DNA of 60,929 nucleotides from Bdellovibrio sp. (GCA_046318155.1 JBKCUU010000089.1:1-60929), one strand, 5' to 3'; positions 9,648 to 19,934 are shown, counted from the stretch's first letter. Notes: a model not told the origin generated them from the letters alone. A program made the numbers and translations.

Positions 9648-9675
9648 AGATCGGAGGAATCTGGTTAAAACTTCA
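9648..9675 (-). promoter_or_regulatory. Putative sigma28 (FliA) promoter of the cNMP-domain gene
   Basis: Minus strand TGAAG-N16-CCGATCT, ~20 nt upstream of the ATG; resembles TAAAG..GCCGATAA. Confidence 0.5.
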
Positions 9676-9692
9676 GCTCAAACAATGAAAAA

Positions 9693-11105
9693 CTAGGCGT
9701 TATCCATCACCATTTCGTGAGGAGGCCGCAACCCTTTTTTCTTAATTTTCTCGACCAAGGTCGTGCGGTTCAATCGGAGTAAGAGGGCTGCTTGGTTCCG
9801 GTTCCAGCCGGTTTTCTCAAGCGCGCGCAAGATCAACTGATTCTCGAACATGTCGACCGCCGTGTTAAAATCCATTCCTGCCTCGGGAATTTCAAAACTC
9901 ATTGCATCGCCAGCAAGGTTTGCTTGCAGAGTTCGGTATTTGGCAGGAAGGTCCGCAACTTCAACTTGTCCAAAACCTTTAAGGATAGCCAGACGTTCGA
10001 CGAGGTTTTCGAGCTCGCGGATGTTGCCGGGCCAGCCGTAATTGCACAGGCAATCCATCGCTTCACTCGAGATCCCGGCCAGTTTGCGAGATTTGGATTT
10101 ATTAAAGTGCTCCATGAAGTGGGCAAACAACAACGGGATATCTGATTTTCGCTCGCGCAAGGCGGGGAGCGATATTGGAATGACGTTGAGACGATAAAAA
10201 AGGTCCTCGCGAAATTTGCCGTAAGACACTTGGTCTTCCAAATTTTTATTTGTCGCCGCGATCACACGGACATTCACCGAAACTGTTTTGGTACTCCCAA
10301 CGGGTTCAAACGAGCGCTCTTGTAAGACGCGCAAGAGTTTCACCTGCAAAGAAGGTTCAAGATCACCGATCTCGTCCAAAAAAATTGTTCCTCCATCCGC
10401 CATTTCAAAACGGCCCACCCGGGTCGCGATCGCGCCGGTAAAGGCGCCTTTGACGTGACCAAAGAGTTCGCTCTCGAGGAGTTCGGCAGGAATAGCGCCG
10501 CAGTTGATTGCAATAAAAGGATGATCAGATCGCGTCGAGTTGTAATGAACCGCTCGTGCGATCAGTTCTTTACCAGTCCCACTCTCGCCCGTAATTAAGA
10601 CGGTGGATTCGGTGTCAGCAACTCGTTCAACCAGCGAGAGAATCTCTTGAATTTCATCAGAACCTCCGATGATTTGGCTAAAACTCGATCGCCGTCCCAG
10701 CTCGCGTTTGAGCTGGATGTTTTCTTGCTGAAGTTTTTGTTGGTTCAGTGCTTTTTCAACAACGTTGACGAGTTCGTCCATGCTAAAAGGCTTTGTCATA
10801 AAGTGAAAAGCGCCCAGCTGCGTGGCTCTGACCGCGGACTCAATCGTTGCGTGGCCCGTGAGGATAATCACTTGGCAGCCGGGGTGCTGAGACTTGATCC
10901 AAGTCATCAGTTCGATCCCATCGCCGTCGGGGAGATTCAAGTCGACAAGAGCTAAATCCAATTGCGTATCTGTGCTGCCCAATTGTTTTGCCTCTTCGAT
11001 CTTATTAGCCGTGATGACATGTAAGTTGCGTTTTTCTAAGACTCTAAACAGAGCCGTTCGGAGCGTGGATTCATCATCGACGATAAGAAGACGGGCTGTG
11101 CGCAT
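9693..11105 (-). CDS. Sigma54-dependent response regulator (NtrC/AtoC family)
   Basis: Receiver (DD, DLNLPD, KPF), Walker A GESGTGKE, GAFTGA, FLDEIG, WPGNIRELEN, Fis-type HTH. Confidence 0.95.
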   Translation of the reverse strand: MRTARLLIVDDESTLRTALFRVLEKRNLHVITANKIEEAKQLGSTDTQLDLALVDLNLPDGDGIELMTWIKSQHPGCQVIILTGHATIESAVRATQLGAFHFMTKPFSMDELVNVVEKALNQQKLQQENIQLKRELGRRSSFSQIIGGSDEIQEILSLVERVADTESTVLITGESGTGKELIARAVHYNSTRSDHPFIAINCGAIPAELLESELFGHVKGAFTGAIATRVGRFEMADGGTIFLDEIGDLEPSLQVKLLRVLQERSFEPVGSTKTVSVNVRVIAATNKNLEDQVSYGKFREDLFYRLNVIPISLPALRERKSDIPLLFAHFMEHFNKSKSRKLAGISSEAMDCLCNYGWPGNIRELENLVERLAILKGFGQVEVADLPAKYRTLQANLAGDAMSFEIPEAGMDFNTAVDMFENQLILRALEKTGWNRNQAALLLRLNRTTLVEKIKKKGLRPPHEMVMDNA

Positions 11106-11196
11106 GAACCTTCCTTCCTTGGTGGGTTCTAGAACTCTTCTTTTATGTTAAGGAGATTTGACGGGACTGTCAAAATTCCGATGACGGCAGCGGGGC

Positions 11197-13020
11197 TTAA
11201 GGAGCCAAAACTAGACGAGGGAAGGAAATTTTTGCCATTCGCAAAGCCCTCGGCTGGAACGAAATTTCGAGGGACGCGCCATGTTCGATTAGAATTCTTT
11301 GGGCCAGCGGGATCTCCAAGCTGGGTGCGGTTTCTAGACCTCGACCGTTGTCCAAGATACTGAGAGAAATATCCCGTTCCTGAATTTGCAGAACCACTTC
11401 CAGAACCGGCTGAAAGCCTTTTTGCGTGATCAGTTTTTCTTGGATGGAGGACAGGGATGACTGCAAGACGTTTTGCAAGGCCTGTGTCAGCTGATTAAAA
11501 TGTCCTTCGACCCAAACGGGCTCTTCCGGAAAGTCTGTCTTGACTTCAATCCCTTGTGACCTTGTTTTCAAAATTAGAATCCCGAGAGCTCGGCGTAAAA
11601 CATCGCGCAGATCAACTTGGGTTCTTTGTTCCTGCCCCGGACTGCGAGTAAAGTTCAAAAGATTTTGCACGATATCGCGGCAGCGCAGAACGCCGCGTTC
11701 CATTTCTTCGATATCAATGCGCAAGGGATCTTGAAGCGGAAGATCCATTTTCAAAAGCTGCACGTAAGAGAGAATTCCGCCTAAGGGATTGTTCAATTCA
11801 TGGGCGATCGAGCTCCCGATGGTCCCAAGTTCAGCGAGCCTTGCGGATTCAAGAATACGTCTTTCCATCCGGACTTGCTCGGTGACGTCGTGGTATTGAT
11901 GAACAAAAACCGGTTCTTCATCCGGCGATAAGTGAACGACCTGTCCGCTGACATCAAATGTATCCCGGCGACTCTCGAGCCGAAAGTTTTCGCCCCGCTT
12001 GCAACCCGTGCAAGGAGACTCGCGATGAAATAAAGCCTGATAACATTTAAGTCCGGCGACGAGGTCCGTTTGTCCTGATTTGCGCTGAAACGAGGAGTTG
12101 GTCTGAACGATTTCGTAGCTGCTATTAAAAATCCCGACCGGGTCCGCTACGGCGTTGAATGTCGCTTCCCACTCTTCTTTGAAGCTCTCGCGGGTCTTGA
12201 GCGTCCCCAATCTTTGCAGTGCTGGATTGAGCGTCTCGGCCAAGAGCTGAAAGAAGTCTTTTTCCTCAGCCGTATACGGGTGCTGGGCCCCGCGCAAAAA
12301 GAGAACCGTTCCCTCTGGCTTTTCTTGAGAATTAAACAAGGTCACCCGTTGGCAGACAAAATTTTCCAAACGGGGATCTGGCGGCAAGTTGTGAGTGGTG
12401 CCGGGAACAATTTTGACTGTGCTCAGCGCCATTGACCTTGCTAGCACTTCAAGCAGCCGCTGCTCCATCTCGGGGATCGAAGAGGATTGATGAATTGCGA
12501 CGGTCGCTTGGCGAATGGCCTCCCACCGGGCCTGGGCAAGCAAGCTTTTGCGGCGAGCCTCTTCAAGAAAGCGGGTGCGCTTGGCGACGCGATCTTCAAG
12601 TGTTTGGTAAAGCGCCTTCAGTTTTTCGTTCTGCTCACCGACTAAAAATCGAAGCTGCTCGTTTTGTTTGTTCCACTGCGTTCGCTCCAGCGCCTCCAGG
12701 AGACTAATTTCGAGCGCGGGATCCTCAAAACTTTCGAGAATGCGAAACACCGGAAATTGGTGAATCACCTGGCGAAGCACCTCTTCATCGGCCTCGGTCC
12801 CCGCAATGAGCAAAAGCAGCAAAGACGGGTTTTTCTTGAAAAGCTCGGTAAAAATGCGAAAGAAACTTGAAGAGCTCGCCAGCAGCGCTGGCAAAACCAA
12901 AATATTTGCGCGCGGAAAATCGGGGATTTTATCGACACTTGGGGTGAGTTCAAAATCAAGAGCGATCTGCGGCCGACCCTGCGTGCTAACAATCAAAACG
13001 CTTGAGCCTAAAGACGGCAT
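11197..13020 (-). CDS. PAS-domain histidine kinase-like protein with degenerate ATPase domain
   Basis: H-box AHELNNPL; PAS-like WEATFNAVADP..CYQALFHRESPC; G1 DNGRG present, N-box and G2 box not recognisable. Confidence 0.85.
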   Translation of the reverse strand: MPSLGSSVLIVSTQGRPQIALDFELTPSVDKIPDFPRANILVLPALLASSSSFFRIFTELFKKNPSLLLLLIAGTEADEEVLRQVIHQFPVFRILESFEDPALEISLLEALERTQWNKQNEQLRFLVGEQNEKLKALYQTLEDRVAKRTRFLEEARRKSLLAQARWEAIRQATVAIHQSSSIPEMEQRLLEVLARSMALSTVKIVPGTTHNLPPDPRLENFVCQRVTLFNSQEKPEGTVLFLRGAQHPYTAEEKDFFQLLAETLNPALQRLGTLKTRESFKEEWEATFNAVADPVGIFNSSYEIVQTNSSFQRKSGQTDLVAGLKCYQALFHRESPCTGCKRGENFRLESRRDTFDVSGQVVHLSPDEEPVFVHQYHDVTEQVRMERRILESARLAELGTIGSSIAHELNNPLGGILSYVQLLKMDLPLQDPLRIDIEEMERGVLRCRDIVQNLLNFTRSPGQEQRTQVDLRDVLRRALGILILKTRSQGIEVKTDFPEEPVWVEGHFNQLTQALQNVLQSSLSSIQEKLITQKGFQPVLEVVLQIQERDISLSILDNGRGLETAPSLEIPLAQRILIEHGASLEISFQPRALRMAKISFPRLVLAP

Positions 13021-13526
13021 CGCCCAACCAGTTCTTGATGGCCAGCCACCTCAAAATCAGGACGATCAAAAGGCGAGAGCACGGGTTCATCTTGGTGCTC
13101 GCCATACAGAAAGAGGCAGGTTTGCAAGCCTTGAGCTTTGGCTTCATTGATGTCGCTCGAGCGCCGGTTGCCGATACTTAAAACTTCATGGGGCTTAAGC
13201 CCCCACTCCGACGGTATTTTTTTAAAGTAGTGAGTCTTTGTTTCATTTTTTGCGGGATCGGCATAGTACTGAGCCTTAAAAAAAGGTGCGATCCCTAGGC
13301 TCGCAACCTTCGCTTGCTGAGCTTCGATACGACCAAACGTGAGAAGAAAAAAGAAATACCTATTTTGCAGATACTTTAAATTCTCGAGGGCACCTTCGAT
13401 GAGTGGGAGTGGCTCGCGGATTCGTTTTTCAAAAGCAGGTGTACGCGCGATCGGGAGCAAAAGCTGGGTCGTGTCCAGCAAAGTGTCGTCGAGGTCCCAA
13501 ATGATCGCTTTGATTTTTGCAGTCAT
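13008..13526 (-). CDS. HAD-superfamily hydrolase
   Basis: Motif I WDLDDTL; motif IV IGNRRSSDI. Confidence 0.85.
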   Translation of the reverse strand: MTAKIKAIIWDLDDTLLDTTQLLLPIARTPAFEKRIREPLPLIEGALENLKYLQNRYFFFLLTFGRIEAQQAKVASLGIAPFFKAQYYADPAKNETKTHYFKKIPSEWGLKPHEVLSIGNRRSSDINEAKAQGLQTCLFLYGEHQDEPVLSPFDRPDFEVAGHQELVGRCRL

Positions 13527-14224
13527 ATTGAAATTTTAGGGTCGAGCAGTTTCTGAAGTCCAGACCCGAAGTGAGGCCAGACATCTGCGAGATTGCATTT
13601 CTCTTGCTCTTCGATACAGATCACGGGGATTTGGTGCACGAGCCAGCCATATTGTCCGATTGAGCCGGGCGTGGGGTAGCCAATATCTTCCGAGACCGGG
13701 TACTGAGGTCCAGGACTTAAGAGCGTTGCGGCAATTTTTGCCTGGGCTCCTGTATAGACAACGCATGGTTCCCACGAGTGAAAGTGAACAATCAGCCGCG
13801 GTTTTTTCACTTCGATCAGTCGAGCGAGGGCTTGGACCTCAGGCTCACTGCCGGGGCGAGTTCCCGGAAAGTAGCGCGGGGATTTGGCTTCAGGACTCCA
13901 ATCAGGAGTCGGAAAATTTCGGTTCAAGTCGACGCCCGAAGAATTCACGCGCTCATTATTTTCAAAACCATCGGGATTTAAACAAGGAATCAAAATCCAA
14001 GGGCGCAGGTTGCGACCCTCGGCGCTGGCTTCAAGCCGACGACGGCTTTGACGCAGCCAAAACAAAAAATCTTGAGCCAAACGAACACCCTCGGGCTCGT
14101 CACCATGAACTCCGCCGATAAAGAGAATGGGCGGCTCTGTCGTGTGTTCGGAACTCCACAGTTCGAGAGGTTTCCCCGCCGCACTGAAAGCCCAACTCGG
14201 AAGGTGCAAAAAATCAGAAGGCAT
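13523..14224 (-). CDS. mpaA: Murein peptide amidase A-like M14 zinc carboxypeptidase
   Basis: GGVHGDE, LNPDG, RVNSSGVDLNRNFP, SEPE, FHS, GYPTPGS motifs. Confidence 0.85.
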   Translation of the reverse strand: MPSDFLHLPSWAFSAAGKPLELWSSEHTTEPPILFIGGVHGDEPEGVRLAQDFLFWLRQSRRRLEASAEGRNLRPWILIPCLNPDGFENNERVNSSGVDLNRNFPTPDWSPEAKSPRYFPGTRPGSEPEVQALARLIEVKKPRLIVHFHSWEPCVVYTGAQAKIAATLLSPGPQYPVSEDIGYPTPGSIGQYGWLVHQIPVICIEEQEKCNLADVWPHFGSGLQKLLDPKISI

Positions 14225-14239
14225 GAAATGATGTTGCCC

Positions 14240-15661
14240 ATGAAATCAGATTCTCACAAAGAAAAAACGGACAAACCAAAGTGGACCGCGATTATTCTTG
14301 CTGCCGGTAAAGGCACCCGGATGGGTTCACCCTTACCCAAGGTGCTTCATCCCGTCGCGGGTCGCCCTATGCTTCAGAATGTGATCGAAGCCTGCTTTCA
14401 GGCCGGAGTGGCCGATATTCGCCTTGTCGTGGGCCATGGTTCACATCTTGTTCAAAACGTGGTCGATCCCTTGGGTGTTCATCTCTTTACTCAGACCGAG
14501 CAAAAGGGGACCGCCGATGCCGTCATGTCGGCCGAGCCCGAATTGGTTGAAGGCAACATTATCATCCTGAATGGCGATCACCCGTTGTTGACGGCCGCCG
14601 ATCTTGGCGGCTTTATCGAAAAATTTGAGCAGCAAAAAATGGATTTAGCCGTTGTAACGGCAAAACTGAAAGACCCCAAAGATTTTGGCCGCGTTGTTCG
14701 TTCAAGCGGGCAGCTCGTCGCCATCGTTGAGGCCAAAGATGCGGCGGCAGAAACCTTAAAAATTAATGAGGTCAACACGGGCATCTACGTCGCGAAGGCC
14801 TCGATTTTGGGAGAGTTTTTGCCAAAGATCGAAAATAACAACTCGAAGAAAGAATATTACCTGACCGATATCCTGAGCTTGACGATTCATGCCCGTAAGC
14901 GCGTTGGCACGCTTGAAGGAAACCCCCGAGTTGCTTTTGGTGTGAACACTCAAGCCGAGTTGGCGAAGGCTTCACGTCTCAAGTACCGGCAAAAGGCCAA
15001 AGAGTTGATGGATAAGGGTGTTCTGATTTTGGATCCCCAAGCCGTTTACATCGAAGAGACCGTCGAGGTTGCACCCGGTAGCGTGATTTATCCACAAGTT
15101 TATATTCGCGGAAAATCAAAAATCGGCACGTTGTGCGCGATCGAGCCCAATTGTTTTATCGTTGATTCTATTCTAGGTGAGGGCGTTCAGCTCAAAGCCA
15201 ATTCATATCTTGAGCGCGTTCAAATTTTGAACCGCGCCAGTGTGGGCCCCTTCGCGCGCCTTCGCCCCGAAACCATCATTGGTGAAGAAGCTCAAGTCGG
15301 CAACTTTGTCGAGATGAAGAAGGTTCGCTTTGGTGCAAAATCCAAAGCGGGACACTTGACCTACCTCGGCGACGCCGACGTCGGTTCGGATGTGAACATT
15401 GGCTGCGGCACGATTACTTGCAATTACGCCGTGGACAAAAAAAAATACAAGACGGTGATTGGTAACGGCACCTTTGTTGGCAGCGATACTCAGTTTGTCG
15501 CGCCCATCACCATTGGTGAAAACGCCGTCATCGGGTCAGGATCCACCATCACCAAAGATGTCCCTGCAAGAGCTTTAGCGGTTGCTCGCGGAAAGCAAGT
15601 GATCATCGAAAACTATGTGCCTTCGATGACGACGGGTTCGGAAAAAAAGTCGGGAGAATAA
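14240..15661 (+). CDS. glmU: Bifunctional UDP-GlcNAc pyrophosphorylase / glucosamine-1-phosphate acetyltransferase (alternative start 14228)
   Basis: ILAAGKGTRM, PKVLH, EYYLTD, hexapeptide region, GNFVEMKK, HLTYLGDA. Confidence 0.97.
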   Translation: MKSDSHKEKTDKPKWTAIILAAGKGTRMGSPLPKVLHPVAGRPMLQNVIEACFQAGVADIRLVVGHGSHLVQNVVDPLGVHLFTQTEQKGTADAVMSAEPELVEGNIIILNGDHPLLTAADLGGFIEKFEQQKMDLAVVTAKLKDPKDFGRVVRSSGQLVAIVEAKDAAAETLKINEVNTGIYVAKASILGEFLPKIENNNSKKEYYLTDILSLTIHARKRVGTLEGNPRVAFGVNTQAELAKASRLKYRQKAKELMDKGVLILDPQAVYIEETVEVAPGSVIYPQVYIRGKSKIGTLCAIEPNCFIVDSILGEGVQLKANSYLERVQILNRASVGPFARLRPETIIGEEAQVGNFVEMKKVRFGAKSKAGHLTYLGDADVGSDVNIGCGTITCNYAVDKKKYKTVIGNGTFVGSDTQFVAPITIGENAVIGSGSTITKDVPARALAVARGKQVIIENYVPSMTTGSEKKSGE

Positions 15662-15664
15662 GCC

Positions 15665-17551
15665 ATGTGTGGAATCGTTGGTTATCAAGGTCCCCTCAAC
15701 CCTAAAGATGTCATTGTGGGTGGTTTGAAAAAACTTGAGTACCGTGGTTATGACAGCGCTGGTGTTGCGATTTTACACGAGGGCCATGTTAAACGTGTTC
15801 GCGCCGAGGGCAAACTTAAAAACCTCGAAGCAAAACTGGTCGGCGAAGCCTTTGATGGTCACCTCGGCATCGGGCACACGCGCTGGGCGACGCACGGAGT
15901 TCCGTCCGAGCGTAATGCCCATCCCCATCAAGTCGATGGCGTCAGTATCGTTCATAATGGCATCATCGAAAATTATCTCGAAATTCGCGAGGCCTTGATC
16001 AAGCGCGGAGCCAAGATCACCTCCGAGACCGATTCTGAATTGGTTGCGCATTTGATTTCTGAGCAAGTCCGCATTCAGAAAGATCTTTTTAAAGCGGTTC
16101 AAGCGGTTCTCAAAGAGCTTCGCGGCGCTTTTTCTATTTTGGCCATTTGGGATCAGCAGCCGGATCGACTTGTGGCCTTTAAAGATGGCCCTCCGCTTGT
16201 GATTGGCTTGGGCGAGAAGCAGGTTTTTGTCGTGAGCGATGTTCAGGCCGCGCTTGCTTACACCAAAAAATTTCTCTACTTGGATGACCGAGAAATCGCG
16301 CTGGTCAGTCAGGGTCAAGTGCAGGTTTTTTCAAGTGCGGGTGCGCTTCAGCAAAAGCCAACGATTGAGCTGAACTGGAATGCCGATCTAGTCGAGAAGA
16401 TGGGTTTTTCTCACTACATGCTCAAAGAGATTTACGAACAGCCCCAAGCGATCGCGTCAGCAATTGCTCCGCATATTTCTCCGAACACGCACACTGTTCA
16501 GCTCAAAAACGTGGGCTTTGGCGGAGCTCCCGTGACCTCACTTGCCACCCTCGATGAGGGCCAAGACTGGCAGCAAACATTAGCTGTTCTCAAATCTGTT
16601 CAGCGGGTTTCGATCATCGCCTGCGGCACCAGCTATTATGCCGGAATGGTCGGCAAATACCTGATCGAGTCTTTGGCCCAAATCCCCGTTGATGTTGATG
16701 TTGCCAGTGAGTTTCGTTATCGAAAGCCCGTTTTGTTGAAAGACACTTTGGTCATCACCGTTTCACAGAGCGGCGAGACGGCCGATACCTTAGCGGCCAT
16801 TCGCTTGGCAAAAGAGCATGGTCTTAAAACTTTGAGCATTTGCAATGTGCGCAACTCGACGATCGACCGCGAAGCCCTTGGGCATTTGTACATGAACTCA
16901 GGTCCCGAAATCGGCGTCGCCAGTACAAAAGCATTTGTCAGTACGTTGGCGGTTTTTAATTTGGTCGCCGTCGCCTTTGGACAGGCGCGCGGCTTGATGA
17001 CCGAGGCGCTCATTCGAGAGCACGTGCAAGCGTTGCTCGCCGTCCCCAGTCAGATGGAAGTTGTTTTGGCTTACGACAAATACTTTGCGGATGCGGCCGA
17101 AAGCCTGAAAGACTTCAAAGGCTTTTTGTACATGGGCCGAGGCGTGAGTTACCCCATTGCGCTTGAAGGCGCCTTGAAGTTGAAAGAGCTGGCCTACCTT
17201 CACGCCGAGGGTTACGCCGCCGGCGAGATGAAGCACGGTCCTCTGGCTTTGATTGATGAGCGCATGGCCATCGTCATGGTTGCCCCGAGTGATGATTTGT
17301 TTGAAAAAACCGTGAGCAATCTTGAAGAAGCGAAAGCTCGCGGTGGTAAAATTATTTCGATTGGAACTGGCGAAAATGCGCGCCTTAAAAGTATCAGCGA
17401 TCGCTACTTGGGGATGCCCAAGGCGCATTGGTCGACCAACCCACTTTTGGCGGTTGTTCCGCTTCAGCTGATGGCGTTTCATTTAGCAGACAGTCTCGGC
17501 CACGATGTTGATCAGCCGCGAAATTTGGCGAAGTCGGTCACCGTCGAGTAA
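15665..17551 (+). CDS. glmS: Glutamine-fructose-6-phosphate aminotransferase
   Basis: MCGIVG, GHTRWATHG, SQSGETADT, C-terminal PRNLAKSVTVE. Confidence 0.98.
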   Translation: MCGIVGYQGPLNPKDVIVGGLKKLEYRGYDSAGVAILHEGHVKRVRAEGKLKNLEAKLVGEAFDGHLGIGHTRWATHGVPSERNAHPHQVDGVSIVHNGIIENYLEIREALIKRGAKITSETDSELVAHLISEQVRIQKDLFKAVQAVLKELRGAFSILAIWDQQPDRLVAFKDGPPLVIGLGEKQVFVVSDVQAALAYTKKFLYLDDREIALVSQGQVQVFSSAGALQQKPTIELNWNADLVEKMGFSHYMLKEIYEQPQAIASAIAPHISPNTHTVQLKNVGFGGAPVTSLATLDEGQDWQQTLAVLKSVQRVSIIACGTSYYAGMVGKYLIESLAQIPVDVDVASEFRYRKPVLLKDTLVITVSQSGETADTLAAIRLAKEHGLKTLSICNVRNSTIDREALGHLYMNSGPEIGVASTKAFVSTLAVFNLVAVAFGQARGLMTEALIREHVQALLAVPSQMEVVLAYDKYFADAAESLKDFKGFLYMGRGVSYPIALEGALKLKELAYLHAEGYAAGEMKHGPLALIDERMAIVMVAPSDDLFEKTVSNLEEAKARGGKIISIGTGENARLKSISDRYLGMPKAHWSTNPLLAVVPLQLMAFHLADSLGHDVDQPRNLAKSVTVE

Positions 17552-17561
17552 GCCAAAAATC

Positions 17562-18971
17562 TTAATAGACTTCAGCTCGATCGGCTAAAATGTCATAGAA
17601 CGCCAAAACCCGCTCGGTGAACTGCACCGGTTCTTCTCCTCGAGCAAGACCGTATTCCAGGTCAGCGGCCACGGCAGGGTCACTGAGCAGTGGTAACATC
17701 AATCGTAAATCCCAAAATGAAAAGGGACTTCGCCCGGCTTCGACGGCCAACTTCTGCGCGTCTTTTAAGTGGGCTAAGCCAACGTTGTAAGCGGCAAGAG
17801 CCAGCGCAAGCTTCTCACGAAAGTGCAAATGCGACGGTTGGCGATCGATCAGGTAGCGGAGGTACTTAGCGCCGCCCCAGAGTGACTGTTCGAGATCTTC
17901 ACGATCTTCGACGCCCAGGTGGCGCGCGGTCTCGCGCGTGAGCTGCATGATGCCGCGAACTCCCGTTGGACTTTGCGCGCGGGGATTCCAGTGCGATTCT
18001 TGATAGGCAACGGCCGCCACTAATTCCCAAGGCAAATCAAACTCGGCACCGTACTTTTTAAACTTACTTTTCAGCTCCGGCAGCTCGGCCGAGCGGGCGC
18101 GAATCAGGCGGGCCCGATCCATGTTATCAATGGATTTTTGATAGCCCAAATACCGGTGGCGAATCCGCGAAATTTGTCCTCTGCGATTGTAACGACTAAA
18201 CCACTGACTAAAGGCCCTTTCGATCTGCGGCTCGTGGGCCGAGAACAGCAATGTTCTCGAAAATCGAAAGTTCATTTGCTGCGCGACTCTTAAAAAAGGC
18301 CGGATCGAAGTCACAAAGTGAGCAGTGTTCAGATCAGTGACGAAACAATCAATCTTTTGTCGCTGCACTTGCGAAGCGCGAGCCAGAACCGATTCGTTGC
18401 CAACGAACAGCGTCCACTCCAATTGCTGACTTTGAAGTTCTGAAAGCAGACGCGCAAGCGCGTCCCGGCGGTGGACGCCAATTTTTAAAGGGCGGTCTTC
18501 AATTAGTACAGGCGCGGCTTTGTCTTTGCGAAACCACGACTGCAGAAAAAACTCGTCTTGCCGGCTTCGCAGGTCGCGTTTGCAAACCAGGGCCGCGCGC
18601 GACTCCTCATACGCGGGACCTCCCAGGCGCCTCAAGTTTTGCGATTCGATCGTCTCAACTGACCAGCGGCCCGCTCCGATATCGGCGCGTCCTTCAGTCA
18701 AGGCGTCGATCACTTGCTCAGGCGAAGTCATCCACGTCCACTGAACGCGGCTGCCAAGATGGCCAGCAAACTGCCAGATCAGATCATGCTCAACGCCTTG
18801 GCCCGGGCGCACGCGGGTGAGTGGTTCGCGAAGGGCCGCGACACGCAAAATGGGTTGGTCCATCTTCACATCAGAGGTCGCCCAACCGTCGCAACCATTG
18901 ACCGCCGCGACCGAGCCCGCGAGCAAGGTGATGGAAATAGTGCGAAGCGTTAACATCCATTTTTTAAGCAT
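17562..18971 (-). CDS. mltF: Membrane-bound lytic murein transglycosylase F-like
   Basis: N-terminal SBP-like domain plus SLT domain (AYQESHW, SPTGVRGIMQLT, AAYNVG, ARGEEP). Confidence 0.88.
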   Translation of the reverse strand: MLKKWMLTLRTISITLLAGSVAAVNGCDGWATSDVKMDQPILRVAALREPLTRVRPGQGVEHDLIWQFAGHLGSRVQWTWMTSPEQVIDALTEGRADIGAGRWSVETIESQNLRRLGGPAYEESRAALVCKRDLRSRQDEFFLQSWFRKDKAAPVLIEDRPLKIGVHRRDALARLLSELQSQQLEWTLFVGNESVLARASQVQRQKIDCFVTDLNTAHFVTSIRPFLRVAQQMNFRFSRTLLFSAHEPQIERAFSQWFSRYNRRGQISRIRHRYLGYQKSIDNMDRARLIRARSAELPELKSKFKKYGAEFDLPWELVAAVAYQESHWNPRAQSPTGVRGIMQLTRETARHLGVEDREDLEQSLWGGAKYLRYLIDRQPSHLHFREKLALALAAYNVGLAHLKDAQKLAVEAGRSPFSFWDLRLMLPLLSDPAVAADLEYGLARGEEPVQFTERVLAFYDILADRAEVY

Positions 18972-19066
18972 GGGTGTCTCTGACTAGTCGACCCCCTTGG
19001 GATGTGCAACTGGTTTGGACTGAACAGGGCGACATGCCGCTGGAAAGAGCAGAAACACGGGAATTT

Positions 19067-19095
19067 TTGACAGGGATGGCCCCCCTTTGTAGCGT
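19067..19095 (+). promoter_or_regulatory. Putative sigma70 promoter of tdk
   Basis: TTGACA-N17-TAGCGT. Confidence 0.4.
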
Positions 19096-19183
19096 CTTTC
19101 TGACCACAATCTTAAAAAGGTGGCCGACTCTTTTGGCGGGTGGTTCTGGGATTCGTTTGGGAGGGGGATATTGTGGAGAATTT

Positions 19184-19792
19184 ATGGAGAATTTAGCACG
19201 CTTTAATTCCATTCGCGGCAGCGGCTGGCTTGAGGTCATCGTCGGTGGTATGTACAGCGGCAAAACCGAGGAGCTCATCCGCCGATTAAAACGCGCCGAA
19301 TACGCTCGCCAGCAGGTGCAGGTTTTTAAACCCGTGATCGACAACCGCTACCATTCTGAAGACGTCACCTCGCACAACCAAGAGTCGTTTCGCGCGCAAG
19401 CGATCGAGCGCTCGGATGATATTTGGACCCACCTTCGAGACAACACTCAGGTGGTGGGCATCGACGAGGGGCAGTTTTTTGATCAAGATCTTGTTCGCGT
19501 TTGCCAGGAGCTGGCTGACCGCGGCCTTCGGGTGATCGTCGCGGGACTTGATACGGATTGGCAAGCCAAACCGTTTGAGCCGATGCCGACACTGATGGCG
19601 ATCGCCGAGAACGTCATCAAGCAACATGCTGTGTGTATGGTTTGTGGCTGTGAAGCTTCGCGCACTCAGAGGGTTGCGGCTGCCGAGGGCCAAATCGTGG
19701 TGGGCTCGCATGGGCTTTATGAGGCCCGTTGCCGTGAACACTTTAAGCCCGAGGTTCAGGCTCCCGCTTTAACGGAAGCGGCTTTAGCGTAA
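19184..19792 (+). CDS. tdk: Thymidine kinase
   Basis: GGMYSGKTEELIRR, IDEGQFF, VAGLD, CxxC..C zinc site; GGAG SD before ATG 19184. Confidence 0.96.
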   Translation: MENLARFNSIRGSGWLEVIVGGMYSGKTEELIRRLKRAEYARQQVQVFKPVIDNRYHSEDVTSHNQESFRAQAIERSDDIWTHLRDNTQVVGIDEGQFFDQDLVRVCQELADRGLRVIVAGLDTDWQAKPFEPMPTLMAIAENVIKQHAVCMVCGCEASRTQRVAAAEGQIVVGSHGLYEARCREHFKPEVQAPALTEAALA

Positions 19793-19864
19793 ACAACTGT
19801 CGAACAATTTTGCACCCCCGCTGACCTCAAATGAAGCCAGCAAGCAGCTTGTTTGGATTTGAAC

Positions 19865-19880
19865 TGGCGCTCATCTTGTA
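19865..19880 (+). promoter_or_regulatory. Putative sigma54 -24/-12 promoter
   Basis: TGGCGC-N5-TTGTA versus consensus TGGCAC-N5-TTGCW. Confidence 0.5.
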
Positions 19881-19934
19881 ATGACTCCTCATAGATCCGA
19901 TCTCCTGGAGGGGATCATTTATGAGGAGAATCGA

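Noticed and set aside
14048..14227. N-terminal extension of GlmU in the ORF track
   Set aside because: Overlaps mpaA on the opposite strand; GlmU similarity starts near 14240-14280
18974..19183. 70 aa N-terminal extension of Tdk
   Set aside because: SD and family start fit ATG 19184; the region holds promoter-like sequence
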